Source: a candidate division WOR-3 bacterium
GTDB taxonomy: Bacteria > Hydrothermota > Tepidihabitantia > Tepidihabitantales > Tepidihabitantaceae
DNA: 64,000 bases
Direction: 5' to 3'
Assembly (NCBI GenBank): GCA_965648905.1
Contig: CBFGIT010000008.1
Span: 1-64,000 of the forward strand
In this document: in pieces, positions 47,231 to 57,868 of the stretch
How the letters are laid out: every line of letters starts with the position of its first letter
Numbering within the stretch: position 1 is the stretch's first letter
The notes under the pieces: model-generated
Databases searched by the model: none
What the model was told of the DNA's origin: nothing
The model's input: the letters and a program-made list of their open reading frames with translations, nothing else
Program-made: the position numbers and the translations under genes

Positions 47231-48564
47231 ATGTTGCCTGCTCCGAGCGTCAGCACGACGTCGCCGGCACGTAGTCGCGGCACGAGCGCCGCGGCCAGGT
47301 CGCCGAGCTCGGGAACAATCTGCACTGCCGGTTGCGGGCCGTTCCGGCGCACCGCGTCGGCAATCAGCTCCGAATCAACCCCCGGGATCTCCGGTTCGGA
47401 TGCGGCGTAGATTCGAGTCAGAACCAGTTCATCGGCCGCGGCAAAACTCGGCCCGAACTCATCGGCCAGCAGCCGGGTACGAGTATAGCGGTGCGGTTGG
47501 AATACTACGATGATACGCCGGGTCGGGAAGGCATGCCGCAACGCCTCAATCGTCACCCGTACCTCAGTCGGATGATGGCCGTAGTCATCGAACACCGTGA
47601 TGCCCGACTTTTCGCCGCGTTTCTCCAACCGCCGATGCACCCCGCCAAAGACCCGCAGCGCCGCCTCAGTCACGCCCGGCTCGATGCCGAGTTCGGTCGC
47701 AACCGCAATTGCCGCCAGCGCATTCTGCACGTTGTGCAGTCCGGGCAACGGCAGATTGAATCGGCCGACCTCCTGATTCCCGTACCGGACCGTGAAGGCA
47801 GACGAGAAGCCGTAGAGCTGCAGGTCACGGACCACAAGGTCTGCGGGCTCGCCGGTCGCGTAGGTCACGACCCGCCGCGCCACCCGCCGACGGATCGCCC
47901 GAACCGCGGGCGAGTCCAGACAGAGAATCGCGGCACCGTAGAACGGCACCCGGTTCACGAAGTGAACGAACTCGCGCTTCAGGTCGGCGAGGTCTCGATA
48001 CACGTCCAGATGTTCGCGCTCGATGTTCGTGACCACGGCAATTGTCGGATAGAGGTCAAGGAACGAACGGTCACTCTCGTCTGCCTCCGCCACCAGGTAC
48101 TGGGACTGGCCCAGCTTGGCCCCGGAATCGCTCGAAAGAACCCGACCGCCGACAACCCAGGTCGGGTCCATGCCGGCACGTTCCAGCACGTGCGCCACCA
48201 GCGAAGTAACGGTCGTCTTGCCGTGGCTGCCCGAGACCGCGATCGAGAACTTCATCCGCATCAGCTCGGCGAGCATCTCAGCCCGTCTGATAACCGGCAC
48301 GCCCTGTGCGCGTGCCCGGTCGAGCTCCGGATTGCTCGAAACCACGGCCGAGGAGTACACCACAACCTGCGCGTCGGCCACGCAGGCCGCATCATGACCG
48401 ATCGTGACCGCGACTCCGGCTTCGGTCAGCGCCTGAGTTGTGTCACTGGCGCGGGCGTCGCTGCCCGACACCTCGAACCCCATATTCTTGAGAACCAAGG
48501 CGATGCCCGACATACCGACCCCGCCGATGCCGACAAAGTGTACCCGCTTCACCCGACCGAACAT
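47194..48564 (-). CDS. murC: UDP-N-acetylmuramate--L-alanine ligase
   Basis: HFVGIGGVGMSG, GSHGKTT, EADESD, DDYGHHPTE, FQPHRYTR. Confidence 0.97.
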   Translation of the reverse strand: MFGRVKRVHFVGIGGVGMSGIALVLKNMGFEVSGSDARASDTTQALTEAGVAVTIGHDAACVADAQVVVYSSAVVSSNPELDRARAQGVPVIRRAEMLAELMRMKFSIAVSGSHGKTTVTSLVAHVLERAGMDPTWVVGGRVLSSDSGAKLGQSQYLVAEADESDRSFLDLYPTIAVVTNIEREHLDVYRDLADLKREFVHFVNRVPFYGAAILCLDSPAVRAIRRRVARRVVTYATGEPADLVVRDLQLYGFSSAFTVRYGNQEVGRFNLPLPGLHNVQNALAAIAVATELGIEPGVTEAALRVFGGVHRRLEKRGEKSGITVFDDYGHHPTEVRVTIEALRHAFPTRRIIVVFQPHRYTRTRLLADEFGPSFAAADELVLTRIYAASEPEIPGVDSELIADAVRRNGPQPAVQIVPELGDLAAALVPRLRAGDVVLTLGAGNIWTIGDEVLKQL

Positions 48565-48565
48565 G

Positions 48566-49723
48566 CTAGCTCCGATGAGAGGAACATCGATTGGCCGCGC
48601 TCAACGTCGGCTCCTTTCCGCGCTCTGCCGCACAATCGCAGCCTGCCAACATCTCGATAATCCGTCCAGCAATGACCCGGGCTGCATCTGGGCGGGCCAC
48701 GGTTCGGGCTGCCTGCTCCATGCGCCGACGCTTTGGCTCATCGTCCATCAGGCTGCGGATTGTGCTCGTCAGCCCGGACAGGCGGGTCTGGTCCAGAACA
48801 GAGGCTGCTCCGACCGCAGCAAGATGCTGGGCATTGGCATCCTGATGCCGATCAGTGGCATATGGAAACGGTATCAGTATCGCCGGTATGTTGAAGGCAA
48901 CCAGCTCAGACAGAACCATCCCGCCCGCCCGGGAGACGCAAATCGTGGCCCGTCGATACAACTCTTCAGGCCGAGATGTGAAAGCGACCAGTTCGCAGTT
49001 CGCCGAACTGCGCCGGCCTCTGATGTAGTCATAGTCGCGGTGGCCGGTGAGGATGATGAAGTTCAATGTGGTCAGCGCTGCCGCCGCATCGAGTGCAGCC
49101 AGGTTTAGAGCCCGCGCACCCTGACTTCCGCCCAGAACGAGCACTGTGCGACCGTCGTCGCTCCGACCGCCGGCCGCGAGCGCACCCCGCAGCGGATTAC
49201 CCGTCACCTCGTAGCATCCGGGTAACGGTTTCGCCGGTACGAATCCGAGAAACGTCGCCTTTGCCCGGCGCGCAAAGAACCGTGTCACCCGACCGGGAAT
49301 GCAGTTCTGCTCGAGCAGGAAGAAAGGTATGCGGCTGACCAGCGCTGCTGCAAGCACTGCTGCCGAGGCAAAGCCGCCGGTTGCCACCACCCCTTGGGGC
49401 GTGACCCGTCGCAGCAGAACCAGAGCCCGGAACAACCCGACCAGCCCGACCCACAGCCCGAGCGCTTTGGCCCAGGCTTTCTTGCCGTAGAATCCGCGCG
49501 CCGGCAGCGACACAAACTCCACGCCGTGCTCTGCCGCCACCTGACACTCCAGCCCGCGGTCGCGCCCGACCCAGACCACCTTTGTGCCGAGCCGACGCAG
49601 CTCATCAACGAGCGCCAGGGCCGGAAACACATGTCCGCCGGTCCCGCCGGCTGCGACGAGAATCGTTCGCTCGACTCCACGGTCAGCCGATTCCCGGTCC
49701 TGGGGTCGAGGGGTCGGTGCTAT
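48566..49723 (-). CDS. murG: MurG glycosyltransferase (probable ATA start at 49723)
   Basis: ILVAAGGTGGHVFP (upstream of first canonical start), GNPLR, GGSQGA, SRAGG, HQDANA. Confidence 0.95.
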   Translation of the reverse strand: MAPTPRPQDRESADRGVERTILVAAGGTGGHVFPALALVDELRRLGTKVVWVGRDRGLECQVAAEHGVEFVSLPARGFYGKKAWAKALGLWVGLVGLFRALVLLRRVTPQGVVATGGFASAAVLAAALVSRIPFFLLEQNCIPGRVTRFFARRAKATFLGFVPAKPLPGCYEVTGNPLRGALAAGGRSDDGRTVLVLGGSQGARALNLAALDAAAALTTLNFIILTGHRDYDYIRGRRSSANCELVAFTSRPEELYRRATICVSRAGGMVLSELVAFNIPAILIPFPYATDRHQDANAQHLAAVGAASVLDQTRLSGLTSTIRSLMDDEPKRRRMEQAARTVARPDAARVIAGRIIEMLAGCDCAAERGKEPTLSAANRCSSHRS

Positions 49724-50880
49724 CCTGCACCTCCGAACCGATTTGTCGTCCGCCAGCCCAGAACCGGGTCAGCCAGGAACGTACGACTGCGCCGAAAACA
49801 TGAGACATTCAACAGCACTCCGGCCGCAGCCATGTTCGTAACCAGGGCCGAGCCGCCGTACGATATGAACGGCAGCGGCTGACCCGTGGTCGGTACAAGT
49901 CCGAGCGTCACCGCGACATGTACCAGCGCATACATGAAGAGCATCACCGTAATGCCGGCAGCCAGCAGTTGACTGAAATTCCCGCTCGCTTCCCGGCTCA
50001 CCCGCATCCCGCGTACCAGCAGCAAAGCGTAGAGCACAAAGACGACGACACTTCCTACAAACCCGGATTCCTCGCCCACCGAAGCGAAGATGAAGTCGTT
50101 GTGCATTTTGGGCAGGAACAGCCGCTTCTGCCGGCCTTCACCCAGGCCCATGCCCAGCAGTTGGCCCGAGCCAATCGCAATCAGGGACTGCTGCTGGTGA
50201 TAGCGGTTGCCGTTGACAAAGTTGTTCCAGCGCCGGTTCGCGTAAGGCTGGAACCGTATCACCCCGGCCACCAGCACAATCATCGCCAGGGTCACCGGCA
50301 GAAGAAACCGCACACTGACTCCGGCCACGAAGAAGAGCACCAGACACGACCCGACCATAATGACGCTCGTCCCGATTGAAGGTTGAACCAGGGTCAAAAG
50401 AACCATGCCGAGCACCACGAGCCCGGGTTTGGCCACGGTGTTTCTGAAGTTCGGCTCCTTGCCGTCCCCGGCCAGGTCGGCGAAATAGCCGGCCAGCCAG
50501 AAAATCAGAGCGTACTTGGCGAACTCGGCCGGCTGAATTGATACGAACCAGACCGGCAGGTCGCGCTTGGCCACACCGCAGGCCAGACCGATTAGCCGTG
50601 TCAGGACAAGAAGGCCGGCCGAACCGCCCAGCAGCACCCAACGCAGCCGGCGCCAGCACACCGTGTGGTTGAGCAACGCGGTCACGGTCATGGCCGTAGC
50701 TCCGACCAGAACCCGGACCGCGTGCAGCCTGAGAAACGACGCGCCACGGTCAAGCGTGGTCGCGTAGACGGCGATGACGCCAATCATGACCAGCGCGGCG
50801 ACAACGAAAAGAATGCGCGAGTCAATCGGGCTGGTTCGACACAGTCTCGAATCGCTGTTGTGTCGGTCAATCGCGAACAT
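49720..50880 (-). CDS. ftsW: SEDS protein FtsW
   Basis: SIQPAEFAK, FLPKMHNDFIF, PTTGQPLPFISYGGS. Confidence 0.93.
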   Translation of the reverse strand: MFAIDRHNSDSRLCRTSPIDSRILFVVAALVMIGVIAVYATTLDRGASFLRLHAVRVLVGATAMTVTALLNHTVCWRRLRWVLLGGSAGLLVLTRLIGLACGVAKRDLPVWFVSIQPAEFAKYALIFWLAGYFADLAGDGKEPNFRNTVAKPGLVVLGMVLLTLVQPSIGTSVIMVGSCLVLFFVAGVSVRFLLPVTLAMIVLVAGVIRFQPYANRRWNNFVNGNRYHQQQSLIAIGSGQLLGMGLGEGRQKRLFLPKMHNDFIFASVGEESGFVGSVVVFVLYALLLVRGMRVSREASGNFSQLLAAGITVMLFMYALVHVAVTLGLVPTTGQPLPFISYGGSALVTNMAAAGVLLNVSCFRRSRTFLADPVLGWRTTNRFGGAG

Positions 50881-50882
50881 CG

Positions 50883-52295
50883 CTAGCTCATTGCCCTCGG
50901 TTGAATCGGTATTCGGTCCGCCCTGCCCGACCGGCACTTGCGCACCAGAACCCGAAACGCCTCACCCCGCGCCTGGAAGTCGGCGAACTGGTCGAAACTG
51001 GCAAACCCGGGCGAGAAAAGCACTGTGTCGCCGGCCACGGCCCGGCCCTGTGCAGCCCGTACCGCACTCTCAAGGTCAGCAGCCTTGCTCCAGCGGCTGA
51101 ATCCGCGCTGCTTGAGCGCGCGTGCCAGGCGGTGCCGATTCTCGCCGGTCAGGACTACCCATTTGGCGTGTCGCTCGATTGCCGCCAGATAGTCGTCCAA
51201 AGGCAGACCCTTTTCGCGGCCCCCGGCAATCAACACGACCCCTCTCCGCTCGGCTGCTGCGGCCAGGGACCGCGCTGCTGCAACTGGATTGGTACTCATC
51301 GAATTGTTCACGAACACCACCCGATTGATAACCGCCACCCGCTCCATCCGATGCTCAAGACCCCGGAACCTCGAAAGCACCTGCTGCATCGGTCCCGGCC
51401 CTGCGCCCAGCAGCCCCGAGGCAAGACACGCGGCCAGCGCGTTCTCAACATTGTGCTCACCCGGAAGCGCCAGTTGGGTCTTGGGCATCACCCTGCGTCC
51501 CAGGCACCAGATGTCTCCGTTCACAAGGCACGCGCCGTTCGCCCGGCCGCGAGTTGAAAAGAACCGCTTCCTGCCCCGGCCGCGCGCACGCGCCTGCCGG
51601 ACACGCTCGTCGTCACGGTTCAGCACCGCAAAGTCTTCTCTTGTCTGCCGGTCCAGAACCCGCAGCTTGCTCTCAGCATAGGCCGCCATGGTCTGGTGTC
51701 GGTTAAGATGGTCGGGCGTGATGTTCAACACGACCGCAACCTTCGGCTTCAGCCAGCGTGCCCGCTCCAGTTGAAAACTCGAAGTCTCGACCACATAGTA
51801 GTCCCGGGCCGCCTGACCAAGAGCCTGAGAAAGAGGCTTGCCCGGTGCCAGGTTACCACCCCAGAACACCTTCTTGCCCGAGGCAACAAGAATCCGGGCA
51901 ATCAGAGTCGTGGTTGTTGACTTGCCATTGGTCCCGGTGACGACAACCAGCGGCCCCGGGACAAAACAGGAGGAGAAGTCGAGCTCATCAGCCACCTTTG
52001 TCCCGTGTTTGAGCAGGGCTTTGACTACCGGGTGCGAGTCTGGTATCCCTGGGCTGACTATCGCCCATTTCGGATTCACCGCATCAGGCTGGTTCGTAAG
52101 CTCAAGCCCCTGCTGTTTCAAACCTGCCACCGCCTCGCTCGTCCGCACGGCTCGATTCTCATCCCAACCCAGAACCTCGGCTCCGGCCCGCAGCAGAAAG
52201 CGGCTGACGCTCTGGCCGGACCGGCCCAGCCCTAGTACCAGAAACCGACTCCCTGCCAGCTCCGGAATTCCCTGCTTCACCGACCGCGCCATCAC
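50883..52295 (-). CDS. murD: UDP-MurNAc-L-Ala--D-Glu ligase
   Basis: GLGRSG, SPGI, GTNGKSTT, ETSSFQL, GLEHRME, SPGFASFDQF. Confidence 0.96.
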   Translation of the reverse strand: MMARSVKQGIPELAGSRFLVLGLGRSGQSVSRFLLRAGAEVLGWDENRAVRTSEAVAGLKQQGLELTNQPDAVNPKWAIVSPGIPDSHPVVKALLKHGTKVADELDFSSCFVPGPLVVVTGTNGKSTTTTLIARILVASGKKVFWGGNLAPGKPLSQALGQAARDYYVVETSSFQLERARWLKPKVAVVLNITPDHLNRHQTMAAYAESKLRVLDRQTREDFAVLNRDDERVRQARARGRGRKRFFSTRGRANGACLVNGDIWCLGRRVMPKTQLALPGEHNVENALAACLASGLLGAGPGPMQQVLSRFRGLEHRMERVAVINRVVFVNNSMSTNPVAAARSLAAAAERRGVVLIAGGREKGLPLDDYLAAIERHAKWVVLTGENRHRLARALKQRGFSRWSKAADLESAVRAAQGRAVAGDTVLFSPGFASFDQFADFQARGEAFRVLVRKCRSGRADRIPIQPRAMS

Positions 52296-53380
52296 CTTAT
52301 CTTCAGTGTTGCCAGAGCTGCCAGACCAAACAAGGCGGCCAGAATCATGAACCGGGTCACAACCTTAGGCTCAGCCCAGCCGGCCAGCTCAAAATGATGG
52401 TGAATCGGCGCCATCCTGAACAGCCGTCTACCCCGGGTCGCGCGGAAGTATCCCACCTGAAGAATCACCGACCCGGCCTCAAGCACGAACACACCGCCGA
52501 CAATCGGCAGCAGCATCTCGTGCTTGGTCAGAACCGCAGCCAGTCCGAGCACGCCGCCGAGTGGCAGCGACCCGGTGTCACCCATGAACACCTCAGCCGG
52601 GTGAGCATTGAACCAGAGAAAGCCAAGACACGCACCGGTCAATGCCAAACAGAAGACCGCGGTCTCGCCCGCGGTCGGCACGAACATGATGTTCAGGTAC
52701 TGGGCGATGCGGAAATGACCGGAAACATACGCCAGCACGGCATAGGTCGCCAGCGCGATGACCATCAGTCCTGAAGCCAACCCATCCAGGCCGTCGGCCA
52801 GGTTGACCGCGTTCGACGTTCCAATAACCACCGTCATGACAAACGGTATGTAGAGCCAGCCGAAATCAGCCACCAGGTTCTTGAACAGAAGCACGTTGGT
52901 GTGCGAACGCCGCAGCGGGTCAACCGGCACAAAATAGAGCACTGCCCCGATGAATAGTGCCAGCGCCAACTGAACCACGAGTTTCACGGTTTTGCTCAGG
53001 CCGCGCGGCCGGCCCAGTCTCACCTTGACATAGTCGTCCCAGAAACCGAGCAATCCGAGCCAGACCAGAGTCAGCAGCCCGAGCTGAACCTGGCGGTTCT
53101 CGAGGTCGGCAAAGAGCAGGACCGCGATTCCGCCGGCCGCAAGAATCAGAATGCCGCCCATGGTCGGGGTCCCGGCTTTGCCCTGATGTCGCTGGGGCAC
53201 CTCATCACGAATCCGTTGTCCGATGTTGAGACGCCGCACGACCCGAATGAGCGCGGGCCCGAGCAGCAGAGTAAGCATGATGCTTGTCGCTCCGGCCGCG
53301 GCTGCTCTGAAAGTAATGTATCTGAACAGGTTGAACAACCCAAATGACCCGCGCAATGGTGCGAGCAGCTCATAGAGCAT
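52292..53380 (-). CDS. mraY: phospho-MurNAc-pentapeptide transferase
   Basis: KAGTPTMGG, NAVNLADGLDGL, FMGDTGS, MAPIHHHFE. Confidence 0.97.
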   Translation of the reverse strand: MLYELLAPLRGSFGLFNLFRYITFRAAAAGATSIMLTLLLGPALIRVVRRLNIGQRIRDEVPQRHQGKAGTPTMGGILILAAGGIAVLLFADLENRQVQLGLLTLVWLGLLGFWDDYVKVRLGRPRGLSKTVKLVVQLALALFIGAVLYFVPVDPLRRSHTNVLLFKNLVADFGWLYIPFVMTVVIGTSNAVNLADGLDGLASGLMVIALATYAVLAYVSGHFRIAQYLNIMFVPTAGETAVFCLALTGACLGFLWFNAHPAEVFMGDTGSLPLGGVLGLAAVLTKHEMLLPIVGGVFVLEAGSVILQVGYFRATRGRRLFRMAPIHHHFELAGWAEPKVVTRFMILAALFGLAALATLKIR

Positions 53381-54946
53381 CTACTGCTCCCCGCCCGGCT
53401 CTTCTTCCGCCTTCGCCTTCAACCGCCCTTCGAGCACCTCGCGCGCCACCTCACGGTCGTCGAAGTGGCGACGTTCGGCTCCGACAATCTGATAGTCCTC
53501 GTGACCCTTGCCGCAAATCACGACCGTATCACCAGACCGAGCCAGCCGCAAGGCACGTTCAATTGCCGCGGCCCGGTCCGGCTCAACCAACACTTCGGCT
53601 CGCGGCCGCCGGATGCCCGTGCCATTGTCCTTCCTCACTTCCTGCTCGACTCCGACCAGAATCTCCTCGATAATCGCCTCGGGTTTCTCGCCGCGCGGGT
53701 TGTCCGAAGTAACGACACAGACATCGGCCAGCTTTGCTGCCGTCTCTCCCATCTGGGGGCGCTTGCCTCGGTCCCGGTCCCCACCGCATCCGAACACAAC
53801 CAGAACCCGGCCGGACGTGAACCGGCGTACCGTCGCCAGCACCCGACCGAGCGCATCGGGCGTGTGTGCGTAGTCGACAAAGACGCCGAACCCCTGACCC
53901 GCGGCCACCGGTTCGAGCCGGCCCGGGACACCGGTAAGAGCTTCAGCTCCGGCAACAATCTGTTCGAGCGGCCAGCCCAGGGCCCGACCCGCAGCCACCG
54001 CGGCAAGCAGATTCGACAACTGATGCTCGCCCACCAGCTTCATCCGCACCGGCACAACCCGGCCTTCAACACTCACCGAACAGTCCAGACCATCAGGCCG
54101 CACCGCCTCAACCTTGCCCGACACCTCAGGAACCGGCTCCAGGTCCGGCCGCGTTCCGTAGCCGACCACGCGCGCCCGGGTCCGGTGTGGAATGTCCCGG
54201 CCCAAGGCATCGTCGTAGTTCACCACCGCAACCGCGTTCGGCCCAAGCTGAGTGAACAGCTTCGCCTTCGCTGCCCGATAGTTGTCCATTGTCCGGTGGA
54301 AGTCGAGATGGTCCTGGGTCACGTTGGTCAGCACCGCAACCCTGAAGTCAAGGTCGAACACCCGGTCCAGCTCCAGCGCGTGTGACGAAACCTCGGCGAT
54401 GCACAGCCCGGCGCCGCGCTCGACCAGTGACGAGAGAATCTCTACCAGTTCCAGACTCTCGGGCGTGGTCTGACCGGCCGGCCGCAACTGGCCGCCGTCA
54501 TAGTACTCAATCGTCCCGATGAATCCCGGTTCCTGCCCGCCCTGTCGCGCCATCGCCCGGAGTAGATAGGTGGTCGTGGTCTTGCCGTTCGTACCCGTAA
54601 CACCGACCAGACTCAGTTTCCGACTCGGGAAGCAGTAGAACCGGTTCGCGACCTGGGCCAGGAACCGCCGCGGCGTCGCGGTCTGCACCACGGTCACCCA
54701 GCTCTTCTGCACCCGGCTTACGTCCGAGCAGGCCACGCACAACGCGCCCCGGTTCACCGCGTCATCGATGAAGTCGGTGCCCGATGCCCGGAGCCCGTCA
54801 ATCGCGACGAACAGCGCGCCCGGGCCTGACCGGGCCGAATGGTAGCAGATACTCCTCACCTCGACCGCCGCATTGCCGTAGACCACACAGGGTACGCCCT
54901 TGGTCAGGTCGGCAAGCTTCTTTGCGGTCGGCCCCGGTGTTTTCAC
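53381..54946 (-). CDS. murE: UDP-MurNAc-dipeptide--meso-DAP ligase
   Basis: GTNGKTTT, EVSSHAL, DHLDFH, DYAHTPD, TSDNPR (DAP type), GKGHEDYQ. Confidence 0.96.
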   Translation of the reverse strand: MKTPGPTAKKLADLTKGVPCVVYGNAAVEVRSICYHSARSGPGALFVAIDGLRASGTDFIDDAVNRGALCVACSDVSRVQKSWVTVVQTATPRRFLAQVANRFYCFPSRKLSLVGVTGTNGKTTTTYLLRAMARQGGQEPGFIGTIEYYDGGQLRPAGQTTPESLELVEILSSLVERGAGLCIAEVSSHALELDRVFDLDFRVAVLTNVTQDHLDFHRTMDNYRAAKAKLFTQLGPNAVAVVNYDDALGRDIPHRTRARVVGYGTRPDLEPVPEVSGKVEAVRPDGLDCSVSVEGRVVPVRMKLVGEHQLSNLLAAVAAGRALGWPLEQIVAGAEALTGVPGRLEPVAAGQGFGVFVDYAHTPDALGRVLATVRRFTSGRVLVVFGCGGDRDRGKRPQMGETAAKLADVCVVTSDNPRGEKPEAIIEEILVGVEQEVRKDNGTGIRRPRAEVLVEPDRAAAIERALRLARSGDTVVICGKGHEDYQIVGAERRHFDDREVAREVLEGRLKAKAEEEPGGEQ

Positions 54947-56697
54947 TGCGGGATTACCCAGCCGGCATGACGGTCCAGACCAGGCCGGGCCGCGGCATAC
55001 AGTCTTGCCCGCCGGCTCTCGGCCCGCTCCCAGCGGACCAGCCGGCTCCCGATGCAACTGAACACCGGACAGCAGACCGCGCCCGCGAACCGTTCGGTCC
55101 TCGGCTCGTCAATCAGCACGGCGATAACAAACCGCGGCCGTTCCTTGGGCAGAAACCCGACAAAAGTCATTCGTGACCTCGTCATCGAGTAGCCACCCCA
55201 CGGCTCGATCTTCTGTGCCGTGCCGGTCTTGCCGCAGGCAGCAACGCCCTCGATTCGGGCCAGCACTCCGGTCCCCTCGGTGACCACCCGTTCCAGAATG
55301 TCCTTGATGCGCGCGCAGTTCTCTCGCCTCAGCACGCGGCGCACTGCCGTCGACCGGGTTCGGCGCAGTACTCGGTTTCCCTGTTTCACTGAGTCGAGCA
55401 GGTACGGCCGCAGGTACACTCCGTCGTTGGCCACGCACAGATATGCGGCGGCCATCTGCATCAGCGTCACGGTCAACCCTTGACCGAACACGACATTGGC
55501 AAAGCGCAGCGGCTTCAGTCGCCCCGGCCGGTCCAGATACCCCGCGCCTTCGTTGGGCAGCCCGAGTCCGGTCATCGTCCCGAACCCGAGCCCGCGCGCC
55601 AGCTCGTAGTAGTCTGCCGGGTCGAGCTGCTCCGACAACAGGGCGCAGCCGGCATTCGACGACTTCACGAACAAACCATCGAAATCGAGCACCCCGTTCG
55701 GATGCACATCGCGTATCTTCCGGCCGGCAATCTCGACGTAACCCGGGGAAACGTCATACTTTCGCTGCACCAGTTTGTACGCGTCCCGGCTCTCCAATGC
55801 AGCCGCACACACCACCAGTTTGAATGAAGAGCCCGGCTCGAACTGGTCCGACACTGCCGCGAGTTTCAGTCGTTCCTTGGGCACGCGCCCTGGTTCGTCC
55901 GGGTCATACTCCGGGTAGTCAACCAGCCCGAGCACGGCTCCGGTCTGAGCATCGAGCACGACCGCGGAACCGGAAAGGGCTCCGGTTCTCTCCACTGCCT
56001 GAGCTAGGGCATCACGGCATATCTCCTGGACGTCGATGTCCAGGGTCAGGTAAATGTCCGCGCCGCCGACCGCTTCCTGGCGCGGCAGACTCGGGTGTGG
56101 ATACCGCTGCCCAACCGCATCCCTGAGCAGCAGCGCCCAGCCGTCCCGGCCGCGCAGAATTGAGTCGTACTCGGCCTCAATCCCGGCCCGACCCCGACCG
56201 TCGCTGACAAACCCGACCACATCCGCGCCGAGCCCATGGTACGGGTACTCCCGCCTGAAGTCGTCATTGACAAATGTGCAGTTGTGATACTGCCGCTTGA
56301 CCAGCACTCGGCGCAGTGCCTCGCCGGTTCGGTAATCGATATGGCGGCAGAACCAGTAGAACGTCTGACGCTCGGCCATCTCCTGGGCAATCTTGCGACG
56401 TTCGCCCAGTCCGAATCGAGAAAGAATCGCGGCCAGGGTCTCCTGCGAAGCGGCGTACTGCGGCAGCAGATGAATCGAGCACGAGCTCTTCGACAGTGCC
56501 AGTGAACGTCCGGCCCGGTCAAACACTTCGCCACGGCGAGCCGGTAGTTCCACCCTCAGCCAGTGCTGGACCTGGGCCTCACGTCGATAGTACGCTCCGC
56601 GCACGAGCTGGACAAACCCGACGTACAGAAAGAGCAGGACCCACCCTGCAAGCAGCGTCCCCGTGACGAACCGGAACCTGCCTCCACCCAAGGTCAA
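54943..56697 (-). CDS. ftsI: penicillin-binding protein FtsI/PBP3
   Basis: RGEVFDR, EPGSSFK, SSN, GKTGTAQK. Confidence 0.93.
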   Translation of the reverse strand: MTLGGGRFRFVTGTLLAGWVLLFLYVGFVQLVRGAYYRREAQVQHWLRVELPARRGEVFDRAGRSLALSKSSCSIHLLPQYAASQETLAAILSRFGLGERRKIAQEMAERQTFYWFCRHIDYRTGEALRRVLVKRQYHNCTFVNDDFRREYPYHGLGADVVGFVSDGRGRAGIEAEYDSILRGRDGWALLLRDAVGQRYPHPSLPRQEAVGGADIYLTLDIDVQEICRDALAQAVERTGALSGSAVVLDAQTGAVLGLVDYPEYDPDEPGRVPKERLKLAAVSDQFEPGSSFKLVVCAAALESRDAYKLVQRKYDVSPGYVEIAGRKIRDVHPNGVLDFDGLFVKSSNAGCALLSEQLDPADYYELARGLGFGTMTGLGLPNEGAGYLDRPGRLKPLRFANVVFGQGLTVTLMQMAAAYLCVANDGVYLRPYLLDSVKQGNRVLRRTRSTAVRRVLRRENCARIKDILERVVTEGTGVLARIEGVAACGKTGTAQKIEPWGGYSMTRSRMTFVGFLPKERPRFVIAVLIDEPRTERFAGAVCCPVFSCIGSRLVRWERAESRRARLYAAARPGLDRHAGWVIPQ

Positions 56698-57011
56698 CGC
56701 GCCCTCGCGAACTCCATTCTCCGCTCGCTGCTCGTACCGGTTGAATCCTTCTGGCCTGGCTCGATCGCGACCATGGTCGGCCGCACTGGCTCGGCCGCAA
56801 CCAACGTCCAGATTGAATCGAGTCGTTCGAACCTGGTCAACTGCGCGATTTCCACATCCAGACGGTCCAGCTCATCTTTCAGCAACTGCCGCTCGGTCGC
56901 AAGCGTGGTAAGCTGCCGGGTCAACCTGACGCTCCGGTCATGCTGATAAAGGTAGGCAAGCGCCAGACCGCAGAGCAGTATCAGCCCGACAATCCTGCCC
57001 GCACTGCTCAT
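56694..57011 (-). CDS. ftsL: FtsL-like cell division protein
   Basis: TM helix plus coiled coil between rsmH and ftsI. Confidence 0.75.
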   Translation of the reverse strand: MSSAGRIVGLILLCGLALAYLYQHDRSVRLTRQLTTLATERQLLKDELDRLDVEIAQLTRFERLDSIWTLVAAEPVRPTMVAIEPGQKDSTGTSSERRMEFARAR

Positions 57012-57868
57012 CCGACCACCTCGGCGGCCCGCAGCCGCGCACTCCTTGCCCGGGGATTGCGCCGCACCTCATCCGGCCCGGGCGCCACTGCCTTGCGCGT
57101 CAGCACCCGCAGCCGCGTGCCGGCCGAGCCAAAGGCCTGCTTCACCAGACGTGCCTCGAGTGAATGATAGCAGATCGTTACTAACCTTCCGCCGCGCACC
57201 AGTACTTCAAGTGCCGCGGCCAGACCCATTCGCACCGCCCCAAGCTCATCATTGACGGCAATCCGCAGTGCCTGAAACACCCGCGGCAGAGCCCGACGGA
57301 CGAATCGCCCGGGCAAGACCTGCCGGACCACTCTAACCAGGTCCTGGGTCGTGCGTATCCGACTCCGCGCCCCGTGCACCACTCGGGCAATCCGGCCGCT
57401 CATCGGCTCCTCGCCATAGTCCCGCAACAGACTCTTGAGCTCTCGTTCCGGAGTCCTTCGCACCAGCTCAAGCGCGCTCTGCCGCTTGCCCGCCTGGTCA
57501 AACCGCATGTCCAGCGGCCCGTCATACTGATGACTGAATCCCCGGCCCGGCTCCTGCAACTGGTGAAGCGATACCCCGAAGTCAAAGAACACACCCGTCA
57601 CCGGTCCAAGCCCAAGACGCTGGACAATCGACGCCATGTCCACGTAGCTGCTCTGAACCAGCGCTACGTTGTTGTAACCACTGAGTGCTTTCGAGGCCTC
57701 GGCAATCGCGTCCGGGTCAACGTCCAACCCCAGGACGAAGCGCGCCCCGGCATCAAGAATGGCGCGGGCGTGCCCTCCTCCCCCGACCGTTGCGTCAATC
57801 ACTGTTCCGGTCTCGGGCCTGAGGAACTCCAGCACCTCATTGACCATCACCGGCTCGTGAAACATCAT
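57008..57868 (-). CDS. rsmH: 16S rRNA m4C1402 methyltransferase
   Basis: HEPVM, DATVGGGGH, DFGVS, PLDMR, FQALRIAVNDE, NPRARSARLR. Confidence 0.97.
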   Translation of the reverse strand: MMFHEPVMVNEVLEFLRPETGTVIDATVGGGGHARAILDAGARFVLGLDVDPDAIAEASKALSGYNNVALVQSSYVDMASIVQRLGLGPVTGVFFDFGVSLHQLQEPGRGFSHQYDGPLDMRFDQAGKRQSALELVRRTPERELKSLLRDYGEEPMSGRIARVVHGARSRIRTTQDLVRVVRQVLPGRFVRRALPRVFQALRIAVNDELGAVRMGLAAALEVLVRGGRLVTICYHSLEARLVKQAFGSAGTRLRVLTRKAVAPGPDEVRRNPRARSARLRAAEVVG

